From Polyangiaceae bacterium (GTDB lineage Bacteria > Myxococcota_A > Polyangia > Polyangiales > Polyangiaceae), in the NCBI GenBank assembly GCA_965222375.1, contig CBDCTZ010000016.1, positions 2,656,001 through 2,720,000 on the forward strand: 64,000 nt of DNA. The letters are read 5' to 3'. Position numbers and translations under genes: made by a program. Below are positions 10,247 to 18,924 of this stretch, piece after piece (position 1 is the first letter of the stretch; every line of letters begins with the position of its first letter). The notes under the pieces were generated by a model. The model was given only the letters and a program-made list of their open reading frames with translations, was not told where the DNA came from and did no database searches.

Positions 10247-12355
10247 ATGGATCTCCGCACGCGAACCAGCCTGTTCTGCGGCGCACTTGCGTTAGCAATC
10301 GCAGGCTCCATTCTGCTGCGTGGGCGGCGCCGTCGCGCGGACCTCTTCTTTTCTGCTTTCGCTGCTGACATCGGGCTCTGGTACATCGCTCAGTGGCTGT
10401 ACCACTTCGTTCAGGCCGACGTTTGGGTGCGCTTCACCGCAATCTTGGCTGTGCTGCTTCCACAGTTGGCGATCAACCTGTTCGAGGTCATCGTTCCACG
10501 ACTGGAGCGGCGTTCCACCCTGGTGCGCGTAGCGGGCGTCCTCCTGGTGCCCATGCTGGTGTTGGTACTGTCGCCGCAACACCGCCACGCCCTGGTGCGC
10601 GGCGCGGTCATGCTCTACGTGTTCGGGCTCTTCGCGGCGGGTCTTTACAGCCTGGCCCGAAGGGGTGAACGCAGCCAATCCAGAGCCACTCAGCGACGGG
10701 TGCGCTTCCTCGTCTTCACGGGAGCATCTGCCGCTCTGTTTTCCCTCGCGGACTTTCTTTGGTTCATCGGAGCTCCGCTGCCCCCCGTGGGCGCCGTCTT
10801 GGCAATCGTCTTCTTGTTCATGCTCGCGGAATCTATGATTCGCGAGCGGTTGGTCGATCTCTACGACATCCTTGGCCAGCTCGTGGTGTCCACGGCGCTG
10901 GCGTTCTGCTTGGCCGGGATCTTCTACGTCTTCGTTGTGCTCGTGGGCGGTTTCTCCACGATGTACCTGAACGCGATCCTGGCCTCGATCGTGATCTTAG
11001 TGCTGTTCGAGCCACTTCGGGATAAGGTCGAGCAATATATCCACCGAGCGTTTTTCCTCGAGCGCGTGGATCTCGAGCGAGCCGTGCAGAACGCCCGGCG
11101 ACAGCTCGTGCACGTGCTTCAGGTCAGCGAAATGGTCCAGGTTGTCATGACCGAGCTCGAGGCCTCGCGTCGCGCGACCGGCGCTGCACTATTCCTGCGA
11201 GATCCCATCGGTCAGGACTTCGAGCTCGGGCTGTCCTTTGGGCCCCCGGCTCCAGCGCGCATCGACAGCGCGGTCGCTCGCCCTTTGGTGGATCGCCTGG
11301 AAAAGGGTCCTCTCGTTCTGGAGGAGCTGGTCGACGATGTGCTGGAGCGCCGCAAGGCGCCGCGAACGGCGGCGTTGGAGTCGGAAGAGCGAGTCTTGGC
11401 AGCAGCGGAGGTGCTGGGGGCGCTCAAAAACGGGGTGGTGACACCTATCCGTGGCGAAAACAAGGGCGTGATCGGGCTGTTGCTCGTGGTGGACGATCGC
11501 GTCCGAGACGCATTTTCCCCCGATGACGTGGCGCTGCTGGATGCCTTGGCCGTACAGATCGCCGTCGTGATCGAGAACTCGAAGCAGTACCGCCGGCTGC
11601 AGGAGCGAGATCGCCTGGCAGCGCTAGGCCAGATGGCTGCGGGCTTGGCCCATGAAGTGAAGAATCCCCTAGGTGCCATCAAGGGAGCCGCGCAGCTTCT
11701 GGACGATCCCGAGGACGGATCCGAGCTCGAGCCCCAAGCTCAGGAGTTCATCGGGATTATTTTGGAGGAGGTAGAGCGCCTCGATCGGGTGGTCGGCTCC
11801 GTGTTGGACTACGCGAGGCCGTCCAAGGGTAACCCCGGCGTCATCGACGCGAACGCCGTGGTGCGCCGCACACTGCAGGTGCTGCGCCCAGAAGGAGAAT
11901 CCACCCACGTCGAGTTGGAGCTGGCGGAAAACGTTCCTGCTGTTCGTGCAGATGCCGAGCAGCTGCGCCAGGTCTTGATGAACCTTGTGCTGAATGCCCA
12001 GGACTGCGGCGCCTCCAAGATCGAAGTGAGCACGGCGTTGCGGGATCGACTCGGGCTCTCAGAGGCCAAGTGGGTCGCGATTGCCGTGAAGGACAACGGA
12101 CCCGGGATCGCTCCCGAGGTGCGAAGCAACCTCTTTGTTCCTTTTTTCACCACCAAGGACCGCGGTACTGGCTTGGGCCTGGCCATCAGCCAGCGCATGG
12201 TCGAGGAGATGGGGGGCCGGATTGAGGTCAGCTCCCAGCCCGGGCAGGGGGCGACCTTCACGGTCGTCCTGCCAGCCCAGCTACCGGCCAGAACGGGGCG
12301 GAAAGAGCTCCCGAGCGTCAATCCCGCAGGTGGCCCCGAGCCCAAGCTGGCCTGA
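10247..12355 (+). CDS. Multi-TM sensor histidine kinase with GAF domain
   Basis: Several N-terminal TM helices, GAF-like segment, H-box AGLAHEVKNPL, N-box QVLMNLVLNA, DNGPGI, FFTTK, GTGLGL. Confidence 0.92.
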   Translation: MDLRTRTSLFCGALALAIAGSILLRGRRRRADLFFSAFAADIGLWYIAQWLYHFVQADVWVRFTAILAVLLPQLAINLFEVIVPRLERRSTLVRVAGVLLVPMLVLVLSPQHRHALVRGAVMLYVFGLFAAGLYSLARRGERSQSRATQRRVRFLVFTGASAALFSLADFLWFIGAPLPPVGAVLAIVFLFMLAESMIRERLVDLYDILGQLVVSTALAFCLAGIFYVFVVLVGGFSTMYLNAILASIVILVLFEPLRDKVEQYIHRAFFLERVDLERAVQNARRQLVHVLQVSEMVQVVMTELEASRRATGAALFLRDPIGQDFELGLSFGPPAPARIDSAVARPLVDRLEKGPLVLEELVDDVLERRKAPRTAALESEERVLAAAEVLGALKNGVVTPIRGENKGVIGLLLVVDDRVRDAFSPDDVALLDALAVQIAVVIENSKQYRRLQERDRLAALGQMAAGLAHEVKNPLGAIKGAAQLLDDPEDGSELEPQAQEFIGIILEEVERLDRVVGSVLDYARPSKGNPGVIDANAVVRRTLQVLRPEGESTHVELELAENVPAVRADAEQLRQVLMNLVLNAQDCGASKIEVSTALRDRLGLSEAKWVAIAVKDNGPGIAPEVRSNLFVPFFTTKDRGTGLGLAISQRMVEEMGGRIEVSSQPGQGATFTVVLPAQLPARTGRKELPSVNPAGGPEPKLA

Positions 12356-12650
12356 GCGCCGGAGCCCCGACGGCCGTCCTGGAGACTGGCCAAACCAGCA
12401 GCATTTCTCCCGCATTGCTTGACCCTATCTCCGCGAAGGCCCTATCTTTTTGGGCAAAACAGAGCACTGCTGACTGCCCGCCGCCCCCGGGGTAGGACCA
12501 TCTCGCCGTAGAGCAACCGATGACAATTCTCGTGCCCCCAAAACTGGTCATCGCTGGGGAGGAAGTGTCCTCCGCCTCCGGCCACGCGCGTGGGCGAAGA
12601 TCCTTCGACGCAATGTCTTCCAACGGGAGCGCCTGCCGAAGCCCACGGGC

Positions 12651-13601
12651 TTGATGGCGATGCTCGGCATGACGCAAGGTTCCAGCAGCCGACTCGCGTT
12701 GCGGTTCATCTCTGGCAAGTACCAGGGAGGCGAGTTCCCCATCGAGGAGGGGCGTCCCATCGTAATTGGGCGCTCCAGCGAGCTCGATATGGTGCTGGTC
12801 GAAGAGATGGTTTCTCGGCGCCACGCGCAAATCGAAATGCGTGGCGGTGTCATCTCGATTCAAGATTTAGGGTCCACCAACGGCACATTCGTCAACGGCG
12901 AGAAGATCCAGAACGCGGTGCTCCGTGAGGGTGACCGCGTTTTGGTCGGCACCAGTATTCTCAAGGTCGTGACCGTTGCCGGGGACGCGCCATCATCCAA
13001 GAGCGATCTGGAGGGCGTTGCCGCCAAACACGAAGCACAAGGTCGCGGCGAAGCGCCACGCATGAGCGGCAACCTCGAGGAAATCCCGCTGCCGGACTTG
13101 CTCCAGCTCTTTGGCACCTCGCGCAAGACCGGTGTGTTGGTGTTGCGGAGCTCGGACCAGGTGGGGCGCATCTACCTCGATCAGGGCCGACTCCACTTTG
13201 CCGAGCTCGAAGGCGTGGCGCATCTGCCACCGGACAAAGCCTTTTATCGAATGCTCAAGATGCAGCAGGGGTTGTTCGAACTCGATCCACCCGCCGAGCA
13301 AGAGTTTGCCGAGCCCATGGACATGGGCGTGCAGGAAGCGCTGATGGAGGGCTTTCGTCAGCAGGACGAACTCCAGGCGCTTTTGGGGCGGTTGCCGCCG
13401 GTTGAGTCGCGGCTCATTTTGCGCACACCCCTCGAAGCACCACTGCACGAGTTGGAGCCCACGCACCTGGACTTGCTCCAGACCGCGCTGAACTCGCCTA
13501 CTCTCGAGTCACTATTTGACCGCAGCAAAGTGACAGATCTGCAAACCGCAGAAATTGTCCAATCTCTGATCAAGCGCGGTTACCTACAGGTCGCCGAATA
13601 G
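12651..13601 (+). CDS. FHA domain plus DUF4388 protein (start uncertain, 12651-12669)
   Basis: IGRS, VSRRHA, DLGSTNGTFVNG (FHA); MSGNLEEIPLPDLLQLF...KTGVL (DUF4388-type). Confidence 0.85.
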   Translation: MMAMLGMTQGSSSRLALRFISGKYQGGEFPIEEGRPIVIGRSSELDMVLVEEMVSRRHAQIEMRGGVISIQDLGSTNGTFVNGEKIQNAVLREGDRVLVGTSILKVVTVAGDAPSSKSDLEGVAAKHEAQGRGEAPRMSGNLEEIPLPDLLQLFGTSRKTGVLVLRSSDQVGRIYLDQGRLHFAELEGVAHLPPDKAFYRMLKMQQGLFELDPPAEQEFAEPMDMGVQEALMEGFRQQDELQALLGRLPPVESRLILRTPLEAPLHELEPTHLDLLQTALNSPTLESLFDRSKVTDLQTAEIVQSLIKRGYLQVAE

Positions 13602-13770
13602 ACCCATCTCTGGTTTCCGGCGAGGCTGCGTCCAAGTTGCCGAGTAGTCGCGCCTCTGCTTTTGTTGGGGATGGCGCACCCCTGCCGTCATCGGGAGTTC
13701 TTCGGGTTTCGCGAAGCGCGTTCGCGAGGCAAAGGGTGTCGCTACTCGGTTGTGGCCCCGCCGTGACGCT

Positions 13771-16700
13771 CTAGTTGCCGCTGCTGCTCGCGCCGATCGC
13801 CTTGCGTAGCTCCACCGCCGCATTCAAGAGGTCGACGTAGCTGCGGAACTCCTGGGCATAGACGGCGCTGAGCAGGATCGGCTGGCCGTTGTCGTCGCGC
13901 TCGACTGTGACTTGACCATACTGATCGAGCACAGGGTTTTCGGAGCCGCCTTCGACCTGGTAGGCGCGGGCGAGTAGCAGATTGGCTGTGCGCAGCATGC
14001 GCGAGCCGATGCCCTTGTCGACGGTCTTGCCCATGGCAGTATCGGGACCGAACTTCTTTGCGACGTAGGTGAACTTGCTCTCAGGGTTGTAGAAACGAAC
14101 CTGCTCGGCATCTGGGACGCCCGGCTCGTCGCTCAGCCCTGCGAGCCAGATCTGCAGCTTGTCCGAGAGGGCAGCGTCACTACTGCTACGGGCGAAGATG
14201 TGGGCGAACACCAGCGCGCCGACTTGTTGTTTGTAGCCGATGTTCGGGAACAAGGTGCGGGCGCCACCGGGACGCGTTGGATTGTCGCCAAACAAGTTCG
14301 TTGAGTGAAGCGCCGACGTTTCCGTGGCTGAACCGCCGACGACGTAGGGAGCAATTGTTTCGAAATCTGAGGAAAGCACTGCGCCTAGCAGGCGATCGAA
14401 GGCCTGGGGCATGTCCGTGCGGAAGTTCACGTTGACGTTGTCGCTGTCGAGGTACGACTCGCGCACGACCGAAAGAAACACCGAGCGGGTGTCGAGTAGT
14501 GCGCGAGTGGCGTCGGACTTTTCGACGCCGAAGCCCGTCCAGCTTGGCTTGAAGGGATAGTCCCACTGGTAGGCGCCGAAGGGGTCTCCCGAGAAGTCCG
14601 GGTGGACATGACGGCCCGTCGAGGCGTCCACGAGCAGCGACTTGCTCTCGGCGCCACCACAGTCCGCGTCGAGCAGACGCGTCGTCTGAGCTGGGCCTGG
14701 ATCGCACAGCCCATAGGTGCCGATTTGGGGCATGAGAAGGGTGCGCGCGAGGGCTTCGAAAATGTCGCTAGCCGCCAGCGTTTGGGGGCGCGCCCAGTCG
14801 TCAGATCGAGACAGCAAGCCAAACAGTGCCCCATTGGCTTCCGCCAGCTCCGACGAATTCCATCCGGGTGCATCCGCGGGGCCCACAAGGCCACCAAGGC
14901 GCCCAGTGTCCATTGCCATGCTCCAGTGCAGAGCGCGAAGGCGTCCGAGCGCTGTCCGAGTTGCCCGGGACGGCTTTGGCGCTTGGAAAAAGTCCCAATC
15001 GTGATTCCTGCGGCTGAAGTAGGTGAAGGGGTACTGCGCGTCGAGTTGGTTGATGATCGAACGAGTAACTTCGTAGACATCCGCTCCTGAATCCGACGAA
15101 TTGATGTGCGGATACGCGCCGCTCAGACGGCCCCAACGGTAGGGCCAGCGGATTGCGCCGCCCGCCGTGGACACGGTCGGCTTCACGCGCCACTTCAACA
15201 GTGGCTCGCTGATCTCGTTCGACGGTGGAGTGCCGTTCTCGAAGTCTCGCCAGAAAGCAAAGTCCCTTGGGGGCGGCGCGCAGAGTCTGCCGTGCACGAC
15301 GCGCCACTGACCTTGCGCGCGTTCCTCCTTCGTCGCCTCGCGACAGCGCTCGGGGTCGAAAAGCTTCAGTCGGCGCGCCTGCTCGGAGTAGTGCATGGGT
15401 TGCAAGAACGGACCCGAGCCGAACAGCTTTGCTGTCGGAAGCGCTTTGCCCGACTCAACTGTTATGCCCTTCACCAGATCCGGGTTGGACCATACGACCA
15501 AGTTGGCTTCGGAAAGCTGCGACCAGTTCCGGTAGGCAAAGGGGGCCGTGTCGGCGTCCGAGTAGCCTCGCTCCCGATCGAAGGCCTGCAGCAGACGACC
15601 GTAGAGTGCGTTCATGCTCAGCAGGTCGAACTGACCCAGACCGGCAGTCTCGGAGAAGCGTTCACCTGGATACTCCAGGGCTGAGGTTTGACCGAAGTAG
15701 GAGAGCCCGGGACGTGACTCATTGCCGCGGCCCAGCTCATCCGGGGTTTCCGGGTCGAGGTAGCGTGGGCCCATGCATGCCGAACCCTCTTGTTGCGGCT
15801 GGCCTCTGCAATCGGCGCCCGCGCCGCTGGAGTTCACTCTGGTGAGTGCAGTCTCGCCGCTTCGCAGCTGCCAGTATTGTGGCAGGAAGTTCATGCTGTC
15901 GTAGCTAGAAGCGAGCTGGTGCAGCATGCCCAGGGAGTGACCTATCCCGTGCAGCTGCATCCCCATGAAGCTCTCCCGCCACAGTTCAGTGTAGATGAGC
16001 TCGCTGCGTTTTTGCGCAAGCGTATCGTCGCTGGCTTGCACCAGTTCTGGGGAGCCGTTTCGAATCGCTTGGTTGCTGTACTTCTCCGCAAAGAAGCGCG
16101 CGACGCCCTGGATATCCAGGTTGCCGATATTGGCTGCGTCAGTTTCTGGATAGCAGATGCCGCGCTCCTGCATACGCAGATCGATCAACTGCTGGGCGTG
16201 TTCGGTTTGCCCGTGGTCCATGCCTCGGAGCGGTGACACAATGTCCATCACGTCCGACAGCTTGGTCTGTTTGGGCTTCATGCCGGCCGCATCGAGCACC
16301 CAGTTTGGTGTGAGCATCTGGGTCTCGAATGCGGATCCCCTAACGTTTTGGGCGGCGGCGTCGAACTCTGGGTGGAAGGTGGAGGCGGGGCCTATCCCGG
16401 CGACACGATGGGCGCGCAGCTTCAACAACTCGAGGCTCTTGTGCTTGGCGGTTTCGCCAGTGAGGAGCTTCTTTCCCGTCACCTGGGCGGCTGCGTGCGA
16501 CGCATCGACGTTGTCGACGCGTTGCTCCAGCTCCGACGCAGTGAAGGTTCGCGGCGCGCGGCCCTGTTGCAGTCGGCGGACGAGGAGTTGAGCCGAAGTG
16601 CCACTGGTGATGTCTTCGAAAGACAGCTCGCCATTGGCAATCAGAATGATGTCTCGGAGCAACGCCGCCGTTTGCGCGGTAGCACGGCTGAGCGTAGTTG

Positions 16701-18459
16701 CCGACGCGCCGATGATCATGCCTGTCAGAGGGTCGGCGTTCCAGTTGGCGATAGCGCCCCAAGGCGCCCGAGTTGCATGGGGCCAGTAGTAGAGGAAGTT
16801 GTGACGTAGGTCGCCGACCCGGGCCCTGTAGCCCCGCTTGCCGCAGATCGGGTCGTCGTAGCTGCGCACGGGGTTGTGACACACGACCAGAACGTCCTGC
16901 ATGGCCTTGGGCTTGTCGCTCAACCACGCCCCCAACCGCACCATCTCCTGCTCTGCGCGGAGCGGGCCAAGAGTGACGAAGTACTGCGCCATGCACGCTT
17001 GGCGCTCACCTCCAGTGCGTCTGCATTCGACCTCCCGAGCCTTGGCTACGGAGAATCGCATGAGCTGGTTCCAGCTCGCGATGGTTTGCTCCGACGGGCC
17101 ACTTCCCAACCGAACGTCTTCGCCCGCGTCGTTTCTGAACTCGGGGTCGTCGGTTTCGAACGGATCCGTCAACTCCGCCGGGGTTTCTTCAGTCATCCAG
17201 TAGCCGATGGGCTTCACGCGCCGGTTGCGTAGGGGCAGGGTGCACCAATTGCGGGTGCTGCATTGAGAGCCAGCGGCGAGCTCCAAGCTATCCGTTCGGC
17301 CGGCGTTGCCGACCAGGCTCAGGGTCAGCTGCTCGCATTGAGCGTTGGTGCCGGGCACGGAGCTTGATTCGGCACGGTTGTCATAGTTGCAGGAAACGGT
17401 GCAGGCCTTTGCACCGCCAGCGCCTGCAATGGGCAGACAGGCCCCGTCGTCGCATTCATCGTCAGTGGTGCAGCTGCCGACCAAGACGTGGCTTTGCTTC
17501 CAGATGTTGTGAAGGTGCAGGTTTCGCCGTCGGTGGCTGTTGTCGTCACCCCATTGCGGCCCCTCGTTGTCTTCCTTTGGTATCGTGAACCCGTTGACGT
17601 AGGCATCCGCAAGCCCCCCGGGGTTGCCGATGATGTCTAGGTTGGCGTAGCTGTTCTCGAAGGGCTCGAAGTCTGCTGCGGACGGTACGCTGTCGACCTT
17701 CCAGTACGAACTGCGCACGACAGCCTCCTGCTTGTCGCAACTGTCGACGGCTGCGCCAGTCTGCAAACCCATCATCAGGCAGGTGGGAAGCTTCATGCCC
17801 CACAGCACGGTGCTCTCCGGTTCCACCCAGAACTTGTTCGTGATGTCGAAATAGCCCTGTTCGACATCGAAGTGTGGCGAGTTTGGATGTTGCGGTTCGT
17901 TCACGTAGTAGGCGATGGGCGTGACGCTGATGTCGCCAAAGATCTTGCCGGCGAACATGTCGTACCAGGACGGGTTCTCCACCAGGTTGGTTGACCAATC
18001 GACGTACATGTAGCGACGCTCGTGCCAGGGTCGGTCTGTGCTGTTTGTCCGGATTCCGTCTTGTGTCTGGATGAGACTGACGTGCTTGTCGATTGCGTAG
18101 GCGGCCACGATGGTCGTGTCGGTGCCTGCTGGATCCCTGCTGTCCGCGCCGGGAAACCTTGGATGCGCCTGACGCGCGACGAGCAGATCCTCCGTGATCT
18201 CCCAGCGAATGCGATCCACTGCGGACCAGGAGCCGATTCCGACCAGGGATTGGGCTTCAGAGCCATCGACGACGAAGTTGCGCCAGTAGAACTCCGGGTC
18301 GTCCGACGGGTCCGCGAGGTTGCCCACGAAAAACTCCTTGGCAACGGCGCCGTGGGGAACATAAGCGACCCTGCTTTCCCCATCTCGTTCGCAACTGACG
18401 ATGCTCGATGCCGACAGGGCGACCGCGAGCGCGGTCTTTCTGATCCACTTCGATTGCAT
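13771..18459 (-). CDS. Giant lipoprotein, metzincin-like metalloprotease paralog predicted inactive
   Basis: Signal peptide ending SIVSC; colinear with 18925-23649; zinc motif reads HGIGHSLGMLH and the Met-turn reads TSALEY. Confidence 0.85.
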   Translation of the reverse strand: MQSKWIRKTALAVALSASSIVSCERDGESRVAYVPHGAVAKEFFVGNLADPSDDPEFYWRNFVVDGSEAQSLVGIGSWSAVDRIRWEITEDLLVARQAHPRFPGADSRDPAGTDTTIVAAYAIDKHVSLIQTQDGIRTNSTDRPWHERRYMYVDWSTNLVENPSWYDMFAGKIFGDISVTPIAYYVNEPQHPNSPHFDVEQGYFDITNKFWVEPESTVLWGMKLPTCLMMGLQTGAAVDSCDKQEAVVRSSYWKVDSVPSAADFEPFENSYANLDIIGNPGGLADAYVNGFTIPKEDNEGPQWGDDNSHRRRNLHLHNIWKQSHVLVGSCTTDDECDDGACLPIAGAGGAKACTVSCNYDNRAESSSVPGTNAQCEQLTLSLVGNAGRTDSLELAAGSQCSTRNWCTLPLRNRRVKPIGYWMTEETPAELTDPFETDDPEFRNDAGEDVRLGSGPSEQTIASWNQLMRFSVAKAREVECRRTGGERQACMAQYFVTLGPLRAEQEMVRLGAWLSDKPKAMQDVLVVCHNPVRSYDDPICGKRGYRARVGDLRHNFLYYWPHATRAPWGAIANWNADPLTGMIIGASATTLSRATAQTAALLRDIILIANGELSFEDITSGTSAQLLVRRLQQGRAPRTFTASELEQRVDNVDASHAAAQVTGKKLLTGETAKHKSLELLKLRAHRVAGIGPASTFHPEFDAAAQNVRGSAFETQMLTPNWVLDAAGMKPKQTKLSDVMDIVSPLRGMDHGQTEHAQQLIDLRMQERGICYPETDAANIGNLDIQGVARFFAEKYSNQAIRNGSPELVQASDDTLAQKRSELIYTELWRESFMGMQLHGIGHSLGMLHQLASSYDSMNFLPQYWQLRSGETALTRVNSSGAGADCRGQPQQEGSACMGPRYLDPETPDELGRGNESRPGLSYFGQTSALEYPGERFSETAGLGQFDLLSMNALYGRLLQAFDRERGYSDADTAPFAYRNWSQLSEANLVVWSNPDLVKGITVESGKALPTAKLFGSGPFLQPMHYSEQARRLKLFDPERCREATKEERAQGQWRVVHGRLCAPPPRDFAFWRDFENGTPPSNEISEPLLKWRVKPTVSTAGGAIRWPYRWGRLSGAYPHINSSDSGADVYEVTRSIINQLDAQYPFTYFSRRNHDWDFFQAPKPSRATRTALGRLRALHWSMAMDTGRLGGLVGPADAPGWNSSELAEANGALFGLLSRSDDWARPQTLAASDIFEALARTLLMPQIGTYGLCDPGPAQTTRLLDADCGGAESKSLLVDASTGRHVHPDFSGDPFGAYQWDYPFKPSWTGFGVEKSDATRALLDTRSVFLSVVRESYLDSDNVNVNFRTDMPQAFDRLLGAVLSSDFETIAPYVVGGSATETSALHSTNLFGDNPTRPGGARTLFPNIGYKQQVGALVFAHIFARSSSDAALSDKLQIWLAGLSDEPGVPDAEQVRFYNPESKFTYVAKKFGPDTAMGKTVDKGIGSRMLRTANLLLARAYQVEGGSENPVLDQYGQVTVERDDNGQPILLSAVYAQEFRSYVDLLNAAVELRKAIGASSSGN

Positions 18460-18477
18460 CGTGATTACAGAGATAAC

Positions 18478-18494
18478 TGCAAAGCCCGAGCCAA
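18478..18494 (-). promoter_or_regulatory. Sigma54 -24/-12 promoter of the inactive paralog
   Basis: Minus strand TTGGCTCGGGCTTTGCA = GG-N10-GC with TTGCA. Confidence 0.7.
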
Positions 18495-18559
18495 GAGGAT
18501 CTCGAGCGATTCACTGACCACGTCCCGGCGTCACGTGCGAATACGAGCAGCAGCAGGTC

Positions 18560-18573
18560 AGTCCTCTAACGGC
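18560..18573 (+). promoter_or_regulatory. 14-bp candidate enhancer AGTCCTCTAACGGC
   Basis: Exact reverse complement of 23837-23850; lies about 70-80 nt upstream of the -24 element. Confidence 0.55.
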
Positions 18574-18839
18574 GATTCAGATCTGGCGACACGGATCTGC
18601 ACACGCGCTGCTCGCCAGTGCGAATACGGACTTGATCCAGGGTTCCCGTGCGTGTCCCCGCTTCTACGTGTTCGTTTGCGTTTGCTTCTGTGTCCGCGTC
18701 AACGTCCGCTCTCGGTGGGGTCCTTATGCGGCTCCCATCTGCTGCGCACCCGGTTCGCCCCGCGCAGAACCCTCGATGACGTCAATGGTGCGCCATCCCC
18801 CAGAAAACCAATCTCACAAACGGCCGACACGCTTGTCTA

Positions 18840-18909
18840 CAAAAGCAGAAAGGCCCGAGCCGATTGGCCCGGGCCTTCTCGCGACGCGCCACCCTGGCGG
18901 TGGCGCGTC
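18840..18909 (-). terminator. Intrinsic terminator and second hairpin downstream of the active protease gene
   Basis: GACGCGCCACC/GGTGGCGCGTC (18883-18909) and AAGGCCCG.GCC/GGC.CGGGCCTT hairpin (~18850-18877) followed on the minus strand by T-rich TCTGCTTTTG. Confidence 0.7.
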
Positions 18910-18924
18910 CGTTCTACACCGACC

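Noticed and set aside
12450..12466. GG-N10-GC upstream of the FHA gene (and a similar one at ~41434)
   Set aside because: Poor match around -12; expected by chance in high-GC DNA.
13771..18459. Assembly-duplication or pseudogene explanation for the second protease copy
   Set aside because: The copies differ by many substitutions and in-frame indels, and the frame, signal peptide and promoter are intact.
18630..18840. Possible ncRNA, riboswitch or small ORF (18632-18967) in the inter-protease gap
   Set aside because: No recognisable RNA family motif or convincing coding signal; cannot be excluded without a covariance-model search.
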